Part shown: in pieces, positions 38,063 to 45,964 of the stretch
Layout: every line of letters begins with the position of its first letter
Numbering within the stretch: the first letter of the stretch is position 1
Source: an uncultured Solirubrobacteraceae bacterium
Lineage (GTDB): Bacteria > Actinomycetota > Thermoleophilia > Solirubrobacterales > Solirubrobacteraceae
Assembly: GCA_963791405.1 (NCBI GenBank)
Contig: CAWBSJ010000003.1
Coordinates: 89,193 to 153,192 of the forward strand
DNA: 64,000 nucleotides
Reading direction: 5' to 3'
Translations under genes and position numbers: made by a program
The notes under the pieces: model-generated
Seen by the model: only the letters and a program-made list of their open reading frames with translations
Told to the model about the DNA's origin: nothing
Databases searched by the model: none

Positions 38063-38654
38063 AGCCGTTGTCGCGCCGGGCGCGCGGGGCCGCGCGGACG
38101 TGCATCCGCTGCCCCTGGCTGCCGTGGACGCTGAGGATCTCGACCGGCGCGTCGGCCGCCGGGCCGAACCAGTGCGGCAGCGCGGTGTCGAACTCGGCGA
38201 CCTCGCCCGGCCGCATCGTGAGGTCGTGCTCGCCGAGGATCAGCCGCAGCTCGCCGGCGAGCACGTAGAGCCATTCGTAGCCGGCGTGGGTCCGGAGCCT
38301 GCGCTCGGGCTCGGGCGGGATGACGACCTTCCAGACGGCGAGGCTGCTCGACCCCTGGGTGAGGGGATAGACGAGCCGGCCGTTGCGCGTCCGGGGCTTG
38401 AGGCGGACGCGCGGGTCGCCGACCCGAGGGGCGCCGACGAGCTCGTCGAGCGGCAGGTGGTGGGCCGCGGCCAGCGGCAGCAGGAGCTCGAGGCTGGGCT
38501 TGCGCTGCCCGCTCTCCAGCCGCGACAGCGTGCTCTTGGAGATCCCGGTCTCCGCCGCCAGCGCGGTCAGCGTCACGCCGCGTCGCACGCGCAGGCGCCG
38601 CAGGCGGGGCCCGACCTCGGCCAGGACGTCCGGGATCGCCGACGAGTCCCCCAT
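38061..38654 (-). CDS. XRE family transcriptional regulator with C-terminal cupin domain
   Basis: 197 aa from MGDSSAIPDV. HTH: LRRLRVRRGVTLTALAAETGISKSTLSRLESGQRKPSLELLLPLAAAHHLPLDEL. Cupin: HAGYEWLYVLAGELRLILGE...GEVAEFDTALPHWF. Confidence 0.9.
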   Translation of the reverse strand: MGDSSAIPDVLAEVGPRLRRLRVRRGVTLTALAAETGISKSTLSRLESGQRKPSLELLLPLAAAHHLPLDELVGAPRVGDPRVRLKPRTRNGRLVYPLTQGSSSLAVWKVVIPPEPERRLRTHAGYEWLYVLAGELRLILGEHDLTMRPGEVAEFDTALPHWFGPAADAPVEILSVHGSQGQRMHVRAAPRARRDNG

Positions 38655-38673
38655 CCGACGCGACGCTACCGGC

Positions 38674-38692
38674 GGTTCCCGGAAACGGCAAC
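38674..38692. promoter_or_regulatory. operator-like motif GGTTCCCGGAAACGGCAAC (copy 2, inverted)
   Basis: Lies in the divergent promoter between the XRE-cupin gene and the oxidoreductase gene. Its reverse complement GTTGCCGTTTCCGGGAACC matches copy 1 at 17 of 19 positions. Confidence 0.4.
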
Positions 38693-38732
38693 GAAGCGTG
38701 CGATCCGCGCCGCCGCCGTGCACGCTGGAGGC

Positions 38733-39661
38733 ATGAATACCGAGACTTGTGACGTGGCAATCATCGGAGGAGGGCCGGCCGGGCTGAGCGCCGCCCTCGT
38801 GCTCGGCCGGGCGCGGCGCCGGGTCGTCGTCGTCGACGCGGGCGCCCCCCGCAACACCCCCGCCGCCCACATGCAGGGATTCCTCTCGCGCGACGGAACC
38901 GCTCCGGCCGCGCTGCTCGAGACCGCGCGGGACGAGGTCCGGCGCTACGGCGTCGAGATCGTGGAGGACCGCGTGGTCGGCGCGACGGCCGGCTTCGCGC
39001 TCCGGCTCGCAGGCGGCCGGACCGTCGCGGCCCGCCACGTGCTGCTCGCGACCGGCGCCGCGGACGACCTGCCCGAGCTTCCCGGGGCCCGGGAGCGCTG
39101 GGGACGCGATCTCCTGCACTGCCCCTATTGCCACGGCTGGGAGGTCCGCGACCGGCCGATCGGCGTGCTCGGGGCAGCGTCGAGCACGCCCAGCTCCTCC
39201 GGCAGTGGTCCGACGACGTGATCCTCTTCCCGCACAGCACCGGCGTCGCGCCCGCCGAGCGCAATGGCGCTCGAAGCCCGCGGCGTCGCGATCGTCGACG
39301 GATCCGTCGAGCGCCTCGTCGTCGGCGACGACCGGCTGCGGGCGGTCGAGCTCGGCGGACGGCCGGCGCATCCCGCGCGACGTGCTCTTCATCCGGCCCG
39401 CGCTGCGCGCGCACGCCGACGGGCCCGCGGCCGCGCTCGATTGCGAGGTGCTCGACGGGGGACTCGTCCGGGCCGATCCCGACGGGCGCACCAGCGTGCC
39501 CGGCGTGTGGGCGGCCGGCAACGCGGCCAACCCGCGCGCGCAGGTGATCACCGCCGCGGGAGAGGGATCCGCGGTCGCGATCGCGATCAACACCGAGCTG
39601 GTCCGCGACGACGTCGACTCTCGCCGTCGCGGCGAGCCCGCGCGACGGCCGACGGCCATGA
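38733..39661 (+). CDS. NAD(P)/FAD-dependent oxidoreductase (thioredoxin-reductase-like), frameshifted about 3-4 times
   Basis: CDVAIIGGGPAGLSAALVLGRARRRVVVVD, LHCPYCHGWEVRDRPIGVLG, VEHAQLLRQWSDDVILF, RGVAIVDGSVERL and VPGVWAAGNAANPRAQVITAAGEGSAVAIAIN are spread over all three frames. The reconstructed stop overlaps ATG 39658. Confidence 0.8.
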
Positions 39662-39901
39662 CCGAGGCCGCGAACCCCGCCGCCGAGCCGGCACCAGCTC
39701 GCGCTGATGATCTGGCTCTGCGTGTTCCCGACGCTGACGGTCCTCAACGTCGCGCTCGGCGACTGGCTCGCACCGCTGGCGCCGGTCGTGCGGACGTTCG
39801 TGCTGGCGACGATCGCCGTGCCGATCGTGATCTACGGGCTGATGCCGCACCTGCACCGGGCGCGCGTGCGCCTGCTGTCGCGTGCGGAGGCGGGCCGCTG
39901 A
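39658..39901 (+). CDS. small two-TM membrane protein, frameshift near codon 12
   Basis: ORF 39707..39901 is MIWLCVFPTLTVLNVALGDWLAPLAPVVRTFVLATIAVPIVIYGLMPHLHRARVRLL. The frame stays open upstream (..RHQLAL) and probably joins ATG 39658 (MTEAANPAAEP). Confidence 0.45.
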
Positions 39902-40051
39902 ATCAGGCGGCGCCGGCTGGGGCCGGCGCGTGGCGAGGAGGACCTCGCGCGCGAGGCTCCGGCGCCCGCGAGCGAGCACGTGAGCATCAACATCGACGCC
40001 TGATCCGACGGTAGTGCTCGCGCGATCCGCGCGCAAGCCGCGACGGGTGGC

Positions 40052-40852
40052 ATGACCGAGGACGGTCGCCGCGCGTTCCCCGCCCCGGCGCGGCTCGTCC
40101 TGAGGCCATGCGCCGCGAGGAGTTCCGCCTGCTGCGCACTTGACGGCTCGGGCGGACCGGCAGAGGATCGGACGGTGCGACGACACGAGGGCCACGGGCG
40201 GGAGGGCGGCGAGCGGCACGTCGCGGCGCGCCGTCCCGACCGGCTGGGCGCCGAGGTGGCGCTCGCCGCCCGGATCGGGAACCGCGCCTACGGTCGGCTG
40301 CTGCGCGCCCGGGCCGCGGGCACCGTCCTGGCGCGCCAGTCGGCCGAGGAGTCGTCGGAGACCGGCCCGTGCCGGGTGGACGTCCGCGCGACATCGACGC
40401 CGATCGGGTTCTCGCACCTGTTCCTCGTGTACACCAACGAGAACGGCAACGAGTACGGCTACCGCGCCGGCCCGAGCCTGCCCGGCGGCTTCGGCGACAT
40501 CGAGGGCGACTACGGCTCGTATGGGCCCGAGACGTTCCCCGACTACGACGTCACCGCACCGTCGGTCACCGCGCTGACGGGGAGCGCAGCCTGCGGCAAG
40601 GGCGACGAGCTGTCCACGGAGCTCCGCGCGATCACCGACGCGCACATCCCCTACCGGTACTTCGGTCCCAACAGCAACACGGTGGTCAGCCACCTCCTCG
40701 CGACATGCGACCTCCCGCGCGTCACGCCGATCGAGGATCCCATCGGCTGGGACGCCGACCTGTTCGAGCGCAACGGCGGCGGGGGCGGCGAGGAGGGCTC
40801 CGGGCCCGGGTCCGAAGGCGGCGGAGGCGAGGGCGGCGCGCCCGGCGGCTGA
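40052..40852 (+). CDS. hypothetical protein with DUF4157-type N-terminal motif, unknown globular domain and Gly-rich tail
   Basis: Intact 266-aa ORF. Contains LAARIGNRAYGRLLRA (nt 40271..40303), the domain CRVDVRATSTPIGFSHLFLVYTNENGNEYGYRAGP...YRYFGPNSNTVVSHLLATCDLP, and the tail NGGGGGEEGSGPGSEGGGGEGGAPGG. True start uncertain. Confidence 0.6.
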   Translation: MTEDGRRAFPAPARLVLRPCAARSSACCALDGSGGPAEDRTVRRHEGHGREGGERHVAARRPDRLGAEVALAARIGNRAYGRLLRARAAGTVLARQSAEESSETGPCRVDVRATSTPIGFSHLFLVYTNENGNEYGYRAGPSLPGGFGDIEGDYGSYGPETFPDYDVTAPSVTALTGSAACGKGDELSTELRAITDAHIPYRYFGPNSNTVVSHLLATCDLPRVTPIEDPIGWDADLFERNGGGGGEEGSGPGSEGGGGEGGAPGG

Positions 40853-40883
40853 CCGGCGGCGATGAGTCGGCCAGACGCGCCGG

Positions 40884-41390
40884 TCACGCCGCGCCGGCGG
40901 GCTCGAGCGCCCTGAGCGCGCGGCGGGCGGCCGCCGGCTCGGCGCCCTCCGCGCAGGCGGCCAGCGCGGCCCGCCACGCGGCGGCGAGCATCGCGCCGAG
41001 CGGAGCCGCGTCGAGGTGGTCCTCGAGCAGCGCCGCGACCGGATCGCCCACGCGCTCGGGATGCGGCTCGCCCAGCAGCCGCAGGAAGCCCGCCCGCTCC
41101 ACGTAGTCGAACGCGACGACCAGCGCGGCGCCGACCGCTCCGGGGCCCCGCGCGGCGGCGAGCGCGCCCTCCATCCGGTCGAGCACCCGGCGCTCGACGT
41201 CGGTCCGGATCACGTCGTAGAGCCCGAGCTTGGAGCCGAAGTGGTGATACAGCGGCCCGGTGGTCGTCCCGGCCGTGCGGGCGAGCTCGGCGACCGCGAC
41301 CCCCTCGTACCCGCGGGCGCCGAACGCGTCCAGGCCGGCCAGCACGAGCCGGCCGCGCGGCGAGTCGTTCGTGGGGATCCAGTCGGGCAC
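40884..41390 (-). CDS. TetR/AcrR family transcriptional regulator
   Basis: Intact 168-aa ORF. HTH: GRLVLAGLDAFGARGYEGVAVAELARTAGTTTGPLYHHFGSKLGLY. Confidence 0.9.
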   Translation of the reverse strand: MPDWIPTNDSPRGRLVLAGLDAFGARGYEGVAVAELARTAGTTTGPLYHHFGSKLGLYDVIRTDVERRVLDRMEGALAAARGPGAVGAALVVAFDYVERAGFLRLLGEPHPERVGDPVAALLEDHLDAAPLGAMLAAAWRAALAACAEGAEPAAARRALRALEPAGAA

Positions 41391-41395
41391 CCTTG

Positions 41396-41424
41396 CATAA
41401 TCGCAGTCGACTCAGACATAATCG
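41396..41424. promoter_or_regulatory. operator candidate in the TetR/VOC divergent region
   Basis: AT-richer 38-bp gap. Direct repeat CATAATCG at 41396 and 41417 (21-nt spacing) flanks the palindrome AGTCGACT (41405..41412). Outer inverted repeat is GCATAA...TTATGC. Confidence 0.4.
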
Positions 41425-41428
41425 AGTT

Positions 41429-41779
41429 ATGCATCTCGTCTTCTCCTATCTCCCGACGCGCGACCTCGCCGCGTCGCTGCGGCTCTACCGCGACACGCTC
41501 GGCTTCGACGAGCTGTGGCGCGAGGGCGACCACACCGTCGGACTCGCCCTCCCCGACACCGACGTCGCGTTGATGATCGACACCGCGGCGCCGCCCGAGT
41601 GGGGGCCCGGCCCGATGTTCGGCGTCGACAGCGTCACCGCGTTCCGCGCCGGGCACGACGGCCTCGAGGTGCTCGCCGAGCCGCACGAGATCCCCGGCGG
41701 CATGCTGATGGCGCTGCGCGATCCCGGCGGGAACTTCGTCTACGTGCTCGACCAGAGCACCGACGCGGCGGCCGGCTGA
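41429..41779 (+). CDS. VOC family protein (glyoxalase/bleomycin-resistance fold)
   Basis: MHLVFSYLPTRDLAASLRLYRDTLGFDELWREGDHTVGLALP...GGMLMALRDPGGNFVYVLDQ is a typical VOC fold sequence pattern. Confidence 0.85.
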   Translation: MHLVFSYLPTRDLAASLRLYRDTLGFDELWREGDHTVGLALPDTDVALMIDTAAPPEWGPGPMFGVDSVTAFRAGHDGLEVLAEPHEIPGGMLMALRDPGGNFVYVLDQSTDAAAG

Positions 41780-41789
41780 CGCGGCGACG

Positions 41790-42776
41790 TCAGGCGGGCA
41801 GCGGCTCGCCGAGGATCGCGCGGATGCGCTCCATCCGCTCGGCGGGCAGCGGCCCGTACCCGGCGGCGCCGGCGTTCTCCTCCACCTGGGCGACGGTGCG
41901 GAAGCCAGGGAGCGGGAGCGTCGCCGGGCTGCGGCCCCAGATCCAGCCGAGCGCGCCCTGGACGAGCGAGCGGCCGTCGGCGGTGAGCTCGGACCGCACG
42001 TCGGCGATCCGCCCGAGCCAGCCGTCCATCGCGTCCGCGTCGAAGAAGTCCCACCACGGCGCGTTGCGGCGGACGTCGTCGGCGGACGGCAGCGCGTCGG
42101 GCCGGTAGCGCCCGCCCAGCAGGCCCATCGCCAGCGGCGTGCGGTTGAGGCTCGCCAGCCCGAGCTCCTCCGCCACGCCCAGCGCCTCGAGCTCGCCGCG
42201 CAGGACGCTGAGCTCGTGCTGCGCGGCGACCATGTGCGGCCCCTCGGCCATGGCGCGCACGATCTCCGGGTCGGACATGCTCGAGCCGTACCACCGGATC
42301 CTGCCCGCCGCGACGAGCTCCTCGAGCGCGTCGACGACCGCGGGGACGTCCTCCGGCCGGCCGATCCCGTCGTGGATCAGGTAGACGTCGATCCGGTCGG
42401 TGCCGAGGCGGCGCAGGCTCGCGTCGCACGCGCGGCGCAGATAGGCGGGGCTGACGTCCGAGCCCGCGGCGGTCCGGGTCTGCTCGTCGAACACGTTGCC
42501 GACCTTGGTGACGATCACCGCGTCGTCGCGCCGTCCGGCGAGCGCGCGGCCGAGCACGCGCTCGCTGTGGCCGCAGCCGTAGACGTCGGCGGTGTCGAAC
42601 AGCGTGACGCCGAGGTCGAGCGCGCGCCGGATCGCACGGATCGACTCGTCGTCGTCCACCTCGCCCCAGCCCGCGGGCATGCCGTTGGAGGTCCACGGGC
42701 CGCCGATCGCCCAGCAGCCGAGGCCGAGGGCGCTGACCTGGATTCCCGTACGTGTGCCGAGATCGCGTTGGAGCAT
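41790..42776 (-). CDS. aldo/keto reductase
   Basis: MLQRDLGTRTGIQVSALGLGCWAIGG, LFDTADVYGCGHSERVLG (catalytic D, Y), IVTKVG (K) and VYLIHD. Intact. ATG 42776 is preferred over 42812. Confidence 0.9.
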   Translation of the reverse strand: MLQRDLGTRTGIQVSALGLGCWAIGGPWTSNGMPAGWGEVDDDESIRAIRRALDLGVTLFDTADVYGCGHSERVLGRALAGRRDDAVIVTKVGNVFDEQTRTAAGSDVSPAYLRRACDASLRRLGTDRIDVYLIHDGIGRPEDVPAVVDALEELVAAGRIRWYGSSMSDPEIVRAMAEGPHMVAAQHELSVLRGELEALGVAEELGLASLNRTPLAMGLLGGRYRPDALPSADDVRRNAPWWDFFDADAMDGWLGRIADVRSELTADGRSLVQGALGWIWGRSPATLPLPGFRTVAQVEENAGAAGYGPLPAERMERIRAILGEPLPA

Positions 42777-42845
42777 GCGGACGAGGAAAGCGCGGCGGGC
42801 GCTGCGATTCAAATGATGAGATCGGCGGTCCCATCAGCCACGCTT

Positions 42846-43778
42846 ATGCGCGGCGGCGCCACGGCCGGCGGCCCTCCGGTATCACTTGGCCGCGTGGCGA
42901 CGGCGGCGGTGGCGCTCGAAACCGCGCGGCGCGAGCGGCGCGGGCAGATCTACGTGGCGCTCGCGGCGATCGCGTGGTCGAGCGCGGGCGTGCTCCAGCG
43001 CCAGCTCACGGTCGACACCGCGACCCAGGTCCTCGGGCGCGCCGCGTTCGCCGCCGCCGCGCTGCTGGTCTACGTCGCGGTGGTCGAGCGCGGCCACCTG
43101 GCGCGCGCGTTCCGGTCGGTCGGCGGCGCGGGCGTCGCCGTGGCGATCTGCGTCGCCATCGCCTCCGGCGGCTTCATCGCCGCGCTCAACTACACGAGCG
43201 TCGCGCGCGTGCTGTTCATCCTCGCCGTCGCCCCCGTGCTGGCGGCGCTGCTCGCGCGCGCGACGCTCGGCGAGCCGATCAGCCGGCGCACCGCCCTCTC
43301 GATGGCGCTGGCGCTCGCCGGCGTCGCGCTGATGCTCGGCGCGCCGGGCGAGGGCAGCCTCAAGGGCGACGCGCTCGCGTTCGCCACCGCGCTCGCGTTC
43401 TCGGTGATGATCGTGATCACCCGCTGGCGGCGCGACGTGTCGATGGCACCGGCCACCTGCCTCTCGCAGGCGATCCTCGTCGTCGTGATGCTCCCGTTCG
43501 CCAGCCCCGGCGACATCGGCGGCGGCGACGTCGGCTGGCTCGCGGCGCTCGGGATCGGGCAGATCGGGCTCGGCTTCGTCCTCCTCACCGTCGGCGCGCG
43601 GCTGATCCCCGCCGCGCAGGTCGGGCTCATCACGCTGCTCGAGATCGTCCTCGGCCCGATCTGGGTCTGGCTCGCGCTCGACGAGCGCCCGAGCACGCTG
43701 ACGCTGGTCGGCGGGGCGATCGTCGTCGCCGCGATCGTGCTCCAGGCGCGCGCGACGCCGCCCCCGGCGCCGCACTAG
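42846..43778 (+). CDS. DMT (EamA) family transporter
   Basis: About 10 hydrophobic segments with two EamA-like halves (IYVALAAIAWSSAGVLQR..., GDALAFATALAFSVMIVITR...). Start uncertain (ATG 42813 or 42846). Confidence 0.85.
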   Translation: MRGGATAGGPPVSLGRVATAAVALETARRERRGQIYVALAAIAWSSAGVLQRQLTVDTATQVLGRAAFAAAALLVYVAVVERGHLARAFRSVGGAGVAVAICVAIASGGFIAALNYTSVARVLFILAVAPVLAALLARATLGEPISRRTALSMALALAGVALMLGAPGEGSLKGDALAFATALAFSVMIVITRWRRDVSMAPATCLSQAILVVVMLPFASPGDIGGGDVGWLAALGIGQIGLGFVLLTVGARLIPAAQVGLITLLEIVLGPIWVWLALDERPSTLTLVGGAIVVAAIVLQARATPPPAPH

Positions 43779-43783
43779 CGCGC

Positions 43784-44359
43784 TCAGCAGACGACGATCA
43801 CGTCGAACGCGTGGTCCTTGCCCATCCAGTCGAAGTGGCCGTTGTAGACGCGCGGCTTGAACGACTGGACGCGCACGCTCGCCGGCCCCAGCTGCGGGAT
43901 GCCGACGTAGCCCGGCGGCGTCTTGCGGGTCACCTGGAGCGTGGTCGGGCCCGGGACCTCCTGCGGCTCCATCGGGAGGTCCAGCTCGCCGTTGTACGTC
44001 GGCGTCGCCGTGACCGCGCAGTCGGTGATGTCGCGCGGCCGGCGCGGACCGGTCCCGGTCGCGGCCTCGCTGTCGAACGTGACCCGGTAGGTCGCGAGCT
44101 GCTCGCGGACGACGGTGCCGTCGTTGTCGTCGCCGATCGTGTTCCCGAAGCGGTCGACGCGGACGCGCAGGTAGACGTCCTCGAGGTCGTCGGTCGGCAC
44201 GCTGTGGGACCTGACGTGACGGCCGTCCACCACGTCGGACGCGATCTGGTCGGAGCTCGTGATCAGCGCGCCGGCCGCGACGGCGGTGCCGCCGCCGGCG
44301 AGGACGAGCGCGACGATCGCGAGCGCGATCGACGCGGAGGAGCGAGGGAGACGGGGCAT
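43784..44359 (-). CDS. secreted/anchored hypothetical protein (191 aa)
   Basis: MPRLPRSSASIALAIVALVLAGGGTAVAAG is a signal or anchor. The beta-rich remainder has two Cys, including the C-terminal residue (DVIVVC). No family recognised. Confidence 0.55.
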   Translation of the reverse strand: MPRLPRSSASIALAIVALVLAGGGTAVAAGALITSSDQIASDVVDGRHVRSHSVPTDDLEDVYLRVRVDRFGNTIGDDNDGTVVREQLATYRVTFDSEAATGTGPRRPRDITDCAVTATPTYNGELDLPMEPQEVPGPTTLQVTRKTPPGYVGIPQLGPASVRVQSFKPRVYNGHFDWMGKDHAFDVIVVC

Positions 44360-44434
44360 GGCTGGACCTTTCGGAGTCGGGACGACTCCCGGCACGACCG
44401 GACGACCGCGCCTCCCATTCCCGTGCGGCGCCCG

Positions 44435-44605
44435 CTAGGCCTGGGCGTCGGAGTGCTGGTCCGTGTCGCCCAGCGGCGCGTCGTCGTCCGAGGGCGCGCC
44501 GGGCGGGACGTCGGCCGACCCGCCGCTGCCTCCCTCGGCGCCCGGCTCGTCCTGCTCGTCCTCCGGCTTGTCGCGGCGCGTCGGGTCTTCGTCGTCTCTG
44601 GTCAT
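44435..44605 (-). CDS. small acidic protein (56 aa), tentative
   Basis: MTRDDEDPTRRDKPEDEQDEPGAEGGSGGSADVPPGAPSDDDAPLGDTDQHSDAQA has high GC3 but is low-complexity. Confidence 0.35.
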   Translation of the reverse strand: MTRDDEDPTRRDKPEDEQDEPGAEGGSGGSADVPPGAPSDDDAPLGDTDQHSDAQA

Positions 44606-44722
44606 CCGCTCAGTCTTCCCCCGATGCGGCTCCGTCACCCCCGGCCGGCGCTGGAATGCCCGGCCGCGCCGGGGGTCATAGGGCGTGAGCAGCACGTCCA
44701 TCCGCCGCACGAAGGAGACCCC

Positions 44723-44947
44723 ATGCAGACCGACGTCCGCCGTGCCCGCAGCGCCCGCGTCCTCCTCGCCGCCCCGGCCGCGGCGCTCCTCGCCGCACTG
44801 GCCTTCGCCGGTCCTGCCGCCGCGGCGGCCCCGGCGCACGGCGCCTCCGCCTCGCCCTACCTGCCCACGGCCCCGGTCGCCACGTCGCAGGGGATCATCA
44901 TGCGCGACGGCGGGATCTGCGACCCGATCCGCCACATGGGCTGCTGA
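44723..44947 (+). CDS. small secreted peptide precursor with C-terminal Cys-x8-Cys loop (74 aa)
   Basis: Strong RBS GAAGGAG 6 nt upstream of ATG 44723. Signal peptide ARVLLAAPAAALLAALAFAGPAAAAA, then ...SQGIIMRDGGICDPIRHMGC-stop. Confidence 0.6.
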   Translation: MQTDVRRARSARVLLAAPAAALLAALAFAGPAAAAAPAHGASASPYLPTAPVATSQGIIMRDGGICDPIRHMGC

Positions 44948-44983
44948 ATCCGGGCGCGGCACCGCGCGAAGCGGTGCCGTAGC

Positions 44984-45910
44984 TTGGCCGGCGTGAGCCC
45001 GGAGCTCCGCCATCTGCGCTCGTTCATCGTGCTCGCGGAGGAGCTGAGCTTCTCGGCCGCCGCGCAGCGCCTGCACGTCACGCAGCAGTCGCTCAGCCGC
45101 ACGATCCAGCAGCTCGAGCGCGAGCTCGGCACGACCCTGTTCGCGCGCACGACCCGGTCCGTCCAGCTCACCCCGGCCGGCCGCGAGATGCTGGCCTCCG
45201 CCACCCGCGCGACCGCGGCCGCCGACGAGGCGTTCGCGGTCGGGCGGCGCGTCGCGCGGGGGGAGCCGGCGCTGCCGCTGCGGGTGGATCTCTCGTCCGG
45301 CGGCCTGGAGACCGGGGCCGCGATCGTCGCCCGGCTGCGCCGGGAGGCGCCCCGCGTCGTGGTCGAGCAGGCGGAGCACGGCGTGCCGCGCGGGTTGCCG
45401 CTGCTCGCGCAGGGCGGGCTCGACGTCCTGCTCGGCATCGCCGCGCACGCGCCGGAGGCGATCGCCACCGAGCTCGTCCGGCGCGAGCCGGTCGTGATCG
45501 GGATGAGCGCGGCGCATCCGCTGGCCGCGCGCGAGCACGTGCGGATCGCCGAGCTCGCGGACGTCGAGCTGCTGCTGCCCGCGCGCGACGTCGCACCCGA
45601 ATGGCTCGAGCTCGTGGCCGGCTTCTGCCGCGAGGCGGGCGTCGCGCCGCGGCGCTGGCCGGGCGTGACGCACGGCTCGGTGGCGGCGGCGGAGGTCCTG
45701 CGGGAGGGCGTGTGCGTCGTCCCGACCGCCCGCTGGGCCGACCCTCCGGCGGGGCTCGTGTTCCGCCCGCTGATCGAGCCGGTGCCGATCCTGCCCTGGT
45801 CGGCCATGTGGGCGCGCGACGCCGAGCGCCGCGGCGAGGTCGCGGCGTTCCTGGACGCCGCACGCGCGACCGGCGCCGAGCGGGGATGGCTCGACAGCCG
45901 GGACGTGTAG
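44984..45910 (+). CDS. LysR family transcriptional regulator
   Basis: Intact ORF. HTH: LRHLRSFIVLAEELSFSAAAQRLHVTQQSLSRTIQQLERELGTTLFART. Start TTG 44984 or GTG 44993. Confidence 0.9.
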   Translation: MAGVSPELRHLRSFIVLAEELSFSAAAQRLHVTQQSLSRTIQQLERELGTTLFARTTRSVQLTPAGREMLASATRATAAADEAFAVGRRVARGEPALPLRVDLSSGGLETGAAIVARLRREAPRVVVEQAEHGVPRGLPLLAQGGLDVLLGIAAHAPEAIATELVRREPVVIGMSAAHPLAAREHVRIAELADVELLLPARDVAPEWLELVAGFCREAGVAPRRWPGVTHGSVAAAEVLREGVCVVPTARWADPPAGLVFRPLIEPVPILPWSAMWARDAERRGEVAAFLDAARATGAERGWLDSRDV

Positions 45911-45964
45911 ATCGCGGCGCGATCGGGGTGAGTGCCGGCGCACGCGCCGAGGAACAGACGACGG

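Noticed and set aside
40052-40852. An extracellular contractile injection system (eCIS) or other secretion locus associated with the DUF4157-type motif proteins.
   Set aside because: No sheath, tube, baseplate, spike, tape-measure, AAA+ ATPase, T6SS or T7SS genes are present anywhere in the 64 kb. Only the two orphan motif-carrying genes can be reported.
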